DNA from: Elusimicrobiota bacterium
GTDB taxonomy: Bacteria > Elusimicrobiota > Elusimicrobia > Elusimicrobiales > UBA9959
DNA: 64,000 bases
Assembly (NCBI GenBank): GCA_027340875.1
Contig: DAIENX010000007.1
Coordinates: 129,871 to 193,870, forward strand
Direction: 5' to 3'
The notes below the pieces were generated by a model that ran no database searches, had not been told where the DNA came from, and saw nothing but the letters and a program-made list of their open reading frames with translations. Made by a program: the position numbers and the translations under genes. Of this stretch, positions 54,725-64,000 are shown piece after piece (position 1 is the first letter of the stretch; the number at the start of each line of letters is the position of its first letter).

Positions 54725-56050
54725 ATGAAGAACATAGAAACCACGCTGAAAAAGATATTCAAGCTGGCGAAAGGGGTGCAGTGCGAGGTGCTGGCGGAGA
54801 GGCGCGACAGCGCGCTGACCCGCTTCGCCGACAACGTCATCTCGCAGAACGTCGCCTCCTCTTCGCTCTCCTTCTCGGTGCGCCTGCAGGACGGCGGCCG
54901 CTCCGCGAAGCTCAGCCTCAACCAGGCCGACGACGGATCCCTTAAGCGCGCCGTCGCTTCCGGCCTGGAGATACTCAAAAAGCAGAAGAAGGACCCGGAC
55001 CTGCTGCCGCTGGCCGGGCCGAAGCCCCTGCCTGCCGGCAGGGACCTCTACGACCGCGGGACGGCGGAGCTTTCGCCCGTCTTCCGCGCCGAGAGGGCCG
55101 CCGAACTGGCCCGCGCGTGCAGGAAGGCGGGCCAGGTGGCCTGCGGCACGGTGGACAACGGGACCAGCGAGCTCGTCATAGCCAACAACCTGGGCCTCTT
55201 CGCCCGCTGGCGCGACAGCTTCATAACCCACAGCGTGACGGTCACCGACCGCGACGGCTCCGGCTGGGCCGAGCAGCCCTCCCACTCGGTCAGCAACATC
55301 GACTTCAAGCGCCTAAACGAGACGGCGCGCGCGAAAGCCGCCGCGAGCCGCAGGCCGCGCGACCCGAAACCGGGTCGCTACACCGTGGTGCTGGAGCCGC
55401 AGGCCGCGGCCGATCTCATCACATATATGAGCGCCTACAGCTTCGGCGGCCAGTTCTACAACGAGGGCCGCTCTTTCGTCTGCGGCAAGCTCGGCAAGCG
55501 CGTGCTCAGCCCGCTGCTGACGATCGAGGACGACTTCCTGGGTGCGGCCCCGGGCCTGCCCTTCGACTTCGAAGGCCAGCCGCGTTCGCGGCTCACGCTG
55601 GTAGAGAACGGCGTGCTCAAGACCATCGTGCACGACCGCAAGACCGCGAAGAAGGCCAAGGCCGCCCCTACCGGCCACGCCCTGCCGCAGCCCAGCTACT
55701 TCGGCCCGCTGGCCATAAACCTGTCGGTAAAGCCCGGCAGCGACAGCCTGAGCGACCTTATAAAAGGCACCGAGCGCGGCATCCTCGTGACGCAGTTCCA
55801 CTACACCAACATGCTCAAGGCCCAGACCGTGGAGATGACGGGCATGACCCGCAACGGCACGTTCATGATAGAGAACGGCAAGGTGGCCTACCCGATAAAG
55901 AACATGCGCTTCACGCAGAGCATGGTGGAGGCCTTCGCCAACATAGAAGCCGTCGGCGACCGCGCCGAGATGGTGGCCGGCTGGGGGGGCATCGCCTGCC
56001 CGGCGATGCGGCTGTCCGGCTTCAACTTCTCTTCGGCCACGAAATTCTGA
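54725..56050 (+). CDS. TldE/PmbA family protein
   Basis: TRFADNVISQN, PGRYTVVLEPQA, FDFEG, TGMTRNGTF, NMRF. Confidence 0.9.
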   Translation: MKNIETTLKKIFKLAKGVQCEVLAERRDSALTRFADNVISQNVASSSLSFSVRLQDGGRSAKLSLNQADDGSLKRAVASGLEILKKQKKDPDLLPLAGPKPLPAGRDLYDRGTAELSPVFRAERAAELARACRKAGQVACGTVDNGTSELVIANNLGLFARWRDSFITHSVTVTDRDGSGWAEQPSHSVSNIDFKRLNETARAKAAASRRPRDPKPGRYTVVLEPQAAADLITYMSAYSFGGQFYNEGRSFVCGKLGKRVLSPLLTIEDDFLGAAPGLPFDFEGQPRSRLTLVENGVLKTIVHDRKTAKKAKAAPTGHALPQPSYFGPLAINLSVKPGSDSLSDLIKGTERGILVTQFHYTNMLKAQTVEMTGMTRNGTFMIENGKVAYPIKNMRFTQSMVEAFANIEAVGDRAEMVAGWGGIACPAMRLSGFNFSSATKF

Positions 56051-56061
56051 GAGGATATATC

Positions 56062-57507
56062 ATGTTCAAGCTAGCCGCCAAAGCCATAGAAGTAGCGAAC
56101 AAGCACAAAGTTGATTTCGGGGACATCCGCGTCGTAGAGGAGCGCAACCAGGTCCTCGCCGTCAAGAACGGGGAGATCGGGGCCCTGACGGACGAGACGA
56201 CGCTGGGCTACGGCATCAGGGTGCTCTACAAGGGCGCCTGGGGCTTCGCCTCCGGCCGCGAGATGACGGAGCGCGCCGTCGCGGATACCGCCCTGAAGGC
56301 CATAGCCATAGCCAAAGCCAGTCGCCTGCTGATGAGCGGCAGGGTGCGTCTGGCGCACGAACCGGCCTACCATGATTTCTGGCAGACGCCGTTCCTGAAA
56401 GACCCGTTCGCGGTCCCGGTGCAGGCCAAGCTGGACATCCTGTTCTCCCTCGACAAGACCCTCCGGGGGAACAGGAAAATTAAGGTCGCCGAGGCCGAGA
56501 TGACCTTCATGCGCGAGCACCAGTGGCACATGACCACCGAGGGCTCACGCATAGAACAGGTGCTGCTCAACTCCGGCGCCGCGATAACCGCCACCGCCGT
56601 GGAGAACGGCGACTCCCAGCTGCGCGGCTACCCGTGCTCTCACGGCGGCCAGACGCTAGGCGGCGGCTGGGAGATAATAGAGTCGATGGACCTCGCCGCC
56701 CACGCCGAAAGGGTGCGCGACGAGGCCGTAGCGCTGCTGAAGGCCCCGGTCTGTCCCGCCGGGGTGAAGGACCTCATCATCTCGGGCAACCAGATGGCCC
56801 TGCAGATACACGAATCAGTAGGACACGCCAGCGAGCTGGACCGCGTGCTGGGCTACGAGGAATCCTACGCCGGCTCCAGCTTCGCCACCACAGAGAAGCT
56901 CGGGCATTTCCGCTACGGATCGCCGATAGTGAACCTCGTAGCCGACGCCACGCTGCCGGGCGGCCTCGCCACGGCTGGTTACGACGACGACGGCGTGAAG
57001 GCCCAGCGCTGGCACATCGTCAAGGGCGGCATCCTGTCCGGCTACATGACCAACCGCGAGTTCTGCGGCCGCATCGGCAGGGACCGTTCCTGGGGCTGCT
57101 GCCGCGCCGACGGCTACTCGAACATACCGATAACCCGCATCTGCAACCTGAGCCTGATGCCTGGCAATTCCTCGACCGAGGAACTGATAGCCGGCATCAA
57201 GGACGGCGTGATGATGGAGAACAACGTCTCCTGGAGCATAGACCAGAAGCGCCTGAACTTCCAATTCGGCTGCGAGGCCGGCTGGGAGATAAAGAACGGC
57301 AGGAAAGGCCGCCTGCTCAAGAACCCCAGGTACCAGGGCATCACCCCGGAGTTCTGGGGCTCCTGTGACGGCATCGCAGGGCCCCAGGAATGGCGCCTGT
57401 GGGGCGTTGCCAACTGTGGCAAGGGGCAGCCAGGCCAGCGGGCAATGATGTGCCATGGCTCAAGCCCGGCCCGTTTCCGGGGGGTAAAGGTGGGAATGCA
57501 CGGTTAA
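56062..57507 (+). CDS. tldD: TldD family metalloprotease
   Basis: GIRVL..WGFA, HESVGHASELDR (HExxxH), CGKGQP; start ATG 56062. Confidence 0.9.
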   Translation: MFKLAAKAIEVANKHKVDFGDIRVVEERNQVLAVKNGEIGALTDETTLGYGIRVLYKGAWGFASGREMTERAVADTALKAIAIAKASRLLMSGRVRLAHEPAYHDFWQTPFLKDPFAVPVQAKLDILFSLDKTLRGNRKIKVAEAEMTFMREHQWHMTTEGSRIEQVLLNSGAAITATAVENGDSQLRGYPCSHGGQTLGGGWEIIESMDLAAHAERVRDEAVALLKAPVCPAGVKDLIISGNQMALQIHESVGHASELDRVLGYEESYAGSSFATTEKLGHFRYGSPIVNLVADATLPGGLATAGYDDDGVKAQRWHIVKGGILSGYMTNREFCGRIGRDRSWGCCRADGYSNIPITRICNLSLMPGNSSTEELIAGIKDGVMMENNVSWSIDQKRLNFQFGCEAGWEIKNGRKGRLLKNPRYQGITPEFWGSCDGIAGPQEWRLWGVANCGKGQPGQRAMMCHGSSPARFRGVKVGMHG

Positions 57508-57525
57508 GCCGCTGACTGCCGCGAT

Positions 57526-57551
57526 AAAAAGGCGCCGAAAGGCGCTTTTTT
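57526..57551 (+). terminator. Intrinsic terminator
   Basis: GCGCC-GAAA-GGCGC flanked by A5 and T6. Confidence 0.85.
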
Positions 57552-57780
57552 ATTATATCAGGCAGATTGACTTATGACGTCAAAATATATAATATTATAA
57601 ATACCCCTAAAAAAGCGCTTTTTAGGACCTTTCTTGTTCACTATTTTGCAACACTTTTTAGTGCATAAAGAGCTGTTCGCGGGCCGGATATAAAAGTTAT
57701 CAACATAAAAAGTGTTTAGAAAACAAAGCGTTTTTTAGTTTTAAAAAAACTATCAACAGTTGTGGATAACTTGTGGATAA
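57552..57780. other. oriC: Probable replication origin / dnaA regulatory region
   Basis: AT-rich; DnaA boxes TTATCAACA (57697-57705), CTATCAACA (57750-57758), TGTGGATAA (57761-57769 and 57772-57780); gene strand bias switches near here; TTGACT-N17-TAATAT promoter 57567-57595. Confidence 0.75.
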
Positions 57781-59122
57781 CTTAACCGATATCAAGGACT
57801 ACTGGCAGGAAGTCCTGAAAAAACTGGGGGAAGAGATAGGCACCGAGGCCGTGGAGCTCTGGGTACGTCCGATAAAACCGCTTTTCATCGAAGGCGACAC
57901 GCTGAAACTGGAAGTCCCGGACCAGATCATATACAACACGGTCAAGCAGCGCTATGAGGAGAAGATAACCTCCCTCCTGACCTCCATAACCGGCCGAGCC
58001 CTGAGCATAAACTACTCCATGTCCATAGCGCCGGCCGAGCCTCCTCCTCCGCCGAAGCCGCAGACGGCGCAGCAGCTGCCGCCCAGCTACTACTCCTTCA
58101 ACCCCAACTACACTTTCGAGTCCTTCATCATGGGCACGTCGAACCGCTTCGCCTTCGCTTCCGCTGAAAGCGTATCCAAGGCGCCCGGGCACGCCAACCC
58201 CTTCTTCATCTACAGCCCGCCCGGACTGGGCAAGACGCACCTGCTGCACGCCATAGCGCACAGCATCCTGAAGCAGAACCACTCGGCGCGCATCCTTTAC
58301 ACCGCCAGCGAGAATTTCGTCAACGAGTACATCGACGCCGTGCGCGGCGGGGCCACCGAGCAGTTCCGCAGCAAATACAGGAAACTCGACTGTCTGCTGC
58401 TGGACGACATCCAGTTCCTCGTGGACAAGGAACGCAGCGAAGAGGAGTTCTTCTACACCTTCAACTCCCTGTTCGAGTCCAAGAAGCAGATAGTGGTGAC
58501 CTCGGACAGGCCGCCGCGGGAGCTGGCGCTCGGCCAGCGCCTTATCTCCCGCTTCCTGTCCGGCGTCGTCGCCGATATTAAGATACCGGATTTCGAGACG
58601 CGCGTGGCGATACTGCGTCAGAAGCGCGACCAGCACAAGTACGATATTCCCGACGACGTCATCACCTATATAGCCGAGAACGTAAAAAAGAACATCAGGG
58701 AGCTGGAAGGCTGCCTGATAACGGTGGGAAACTATTGCTCCAGCATGAGCATCCAGCCCTCCATAGACTCCCTGAAAGAGATAATCAAGGAACACAGCGG
58801 CGACCACGACCTCGAGGAGAAGAAGATCTCCATAGAGACCATCAAGCGGGTAGTGGCGGAAAAATATAATGTCGAGCTGAAAGACTTCAGCTCCAAGAAA
58901 CGCAATGAGAACATCGCGTTTCCCCGCCAGGTCGCCATGTACCTGGCCTGCGAGATGACGGATATGGTCCTGAAGGACATCGGCGAAGCCTTCGCCAGGG
59001 AGCACGCAACCGTACTGCACGCCAAGGGAAAGATAAGTCACATGGTGCAGACGGACCCGTACTTCAACGAGGCCCTGAACCAGATCATCACCAAGATAAA
59101 GTCTGTTAATAACCCCGGTTGA
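57773..59122 (+). CDS. dnaA: Chromosomal replication initiator DnaA
   Basis: NPNYTFESF, GLGKTHLL, LLDDIQF, NIRELEG, RQVAMYL. Confidence 0.97.
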   Translation: MDNLTDIKDYWQEVLKKLGEEIGTEAVELWVRPIKPLFIEGDTLKLEVPDQIIYNTVKQRYEEKITSLLTSITGRALSINYSMSIAPAEPPPPPKPQTAQQLPPSYYSFNPNYTFESFIMGTSNRFAFASAESVSKAPGHANPFFIYSPPGLGKTHLLHAIAHSILKQNHSARILYTASENFVNEYIDAVRGGATEQFRSKYRKLDCLLLDDIQFLVDKERSEEEFFYTFNSLFESKKQIVVTSDRPPRELALGQRLISRFLSGVVADIKIPDFETRVAILRQKRDQHKYDIPDDVITYIAENVKKNIRELEGCLITVGNYCSSMSIQPSIDSLKEIIKEHSGDHDLEEKKISIETIKRVVAEKYNVELKDFSSKKRNENIAFPRQVAMYLACEMTDMVLKDIGEAFAREHATVLHAKGKISHMVQTDPYFNEALNQIITKIKSVNNPG

Positions 59123-59258
59123 TAGGCCGGAGGGCTGTAAAAAGCGCTGTTCTTTGTAGGGAATGTCGGTAAAATCGGACAGGCTGTCAATAAACTTCCC
59201 CAATGCTGTTAACACTTTAGACAATATAGACAGCCTATCTTAATAGAGGACGAATAAG

Positions 59259-60373
59259 ATGAAAATAAACAGTAACAGGGACACGTTAATAAAGGGGATA
59301 CAGACCATACAGGCCGGCGTTTCCTCCAAGACCGGGACCATCCCGATACTCCAGAACTTCCTTATGGAAACGGAGGACAAGGGCGTCAAGGTAGTCTTCA
59401 CCGACCTGGAAATGGCCATAAAACACCATATCCCCGTAGAGATCAAAGGGGAAGGCAGCATAACCGTACCTATAAAGAAGTTCATGGAGATAGTGCAGAA
59501 CCTGGGAGAGGATTCCGCGGTCAACATAGCCGTGGACGAGAACAACAGGATCTCCATACTCAGCGGCAAGTCCCGCTTCAAGCTGGGAGGCGCGCCCAAG
59601 AACGATTATCCGGTCATACCGGACCTGGACGAGAGCAATTCCTTCAAGGTGCCGGCCAAGCTGCTGGCCGACATGATCAACAGCACCATCTTCTCCGCTT
59701 CCACGGAGGACGACAGGCACTTCCTGAACGGACTGCTGTGGAAGTACGAGAAGGACACTTTCTTCCTGGTCGCAACTGACGGCCGCAGGCTGGCCGTCGC
59801 GTCCAGCAAGAAGGTGAAGGCCAAGAAGGAATTTAAAATAATAGTCCCTTCCAAGATACTCGGCGAGCTGGCCCGCTTCATCAAGGGCGCGGGAGTGAAG
59901 GACGCGGACGAGGTCACGGTGGGGCTGTCGTCCAACCAGATCGGGTTCAGGATAGGGAAGACGGTCTTCATCTCCAGGCTGGTGGAGGGGAACTTCCCCG
60001 CTTACGAGCAGATCATCCCCAAGAGCCACGAGATGGAGGTGGTAGTGAACGCGGAGAGGCTGATGGCCGTCACCAAGCGCGCCGCCATCTGCTCCAACGA
60101 GCGCTCCGGGGCCGTGAAGTACACCTTCAAGCCGGGCGCGCTGGTGGTCACCTCCGCCTCGCAGAGCATGGATTTCGAGGACGAGATAGAAGTGGCCTAC
60201 AAGGGCAAGGAATTCCAGATCAGCTTCAACCCGAAGTTCGTGATGGACATCCTGAAGGCCGCTGGGGAAGGCGAGATAACAGCGGAGTTCACTTCGCCCT
60301 CCACTCCCGCCCTGCTGCGGCTAGGCGACCGCGAGGGACTGCTTTACATAGTGATGCCGCTCCGGACCCAGTG

Positions 60374-60374
<1 letters not shown>
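59259..60374 (+). CDS. dnaN: DNA polymerase III beta clamp
   Basis: PILQN, TDLE, VATDGRRLA, EGNFPAY, IVMPLR. Confidence 0.97.
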
Positions 60375-63179
<2,805 letters not shown>

Positions 63180-63228
63180 GCAGCGCCGTTCCGGCGGAAG
63201 CAGGGATCCATTTTAAGGAGCGATCTCA

Positions 63229-64000
<772 letters not shown>

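Noticed and set aside
54725..57507. RiPP biosynthetic cluster around TldD/TldE
   Set aside because: No precursor peptide, YcaO or other maturase adjacent
63183..63212. REP-like or SRP-like fragment TTCCGGCGGAAGCAGGGATCCA between gyrB and gyrA
   Set aside because: Single, short and poorly paired; intergenic gap too small for SRP RNA

Overview
GC-rich chromosome segment from a diderm bacterium (kdsC, two TolC proteins). It contains the probable replication origin: an AT-rich, DnaA-box-bearing region at ~57.5-57.8 kb followed by dnaA-dnaN-dciA-gyrB-gyrA. parAB with three parS sites lies ~47 kb away at 8.8-10.8 kb. Gene style (heavy ATA-Ile use despite high GC, many orphan secreted proteins) suggests Elusimicrobiota, but this is a weak inference. 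Most genes are housekeeping: asd, pyrCDFE, mutS/mutL, dusB, folD, rlmN, nadA, argS, rsfS, nadD-yqeK, pilT, tldE/tldD. The window also has two efflux loci, a DUF2089 operon, a fused amino-acid dehydrogenase pair and many hypothetical exported proteins. I saw no tRNA, rRNA, CRISPR array or transposase. The strongest unexplained signals are non-coding. One is a ~230-nt element between nadA and rlmN with two tandem modules showing three compensatory base-pair changes. The other is a ~165-nt long-stem element sitting where an RND adaptor gene would be expected. Also notable are a parS/DnaA-box-encased parAB promoter, a palindromic operator pair beside a small HTH gene, seven apparently leaderless genes, and a shared N-terminal motif in two unrelated secreted proteins.
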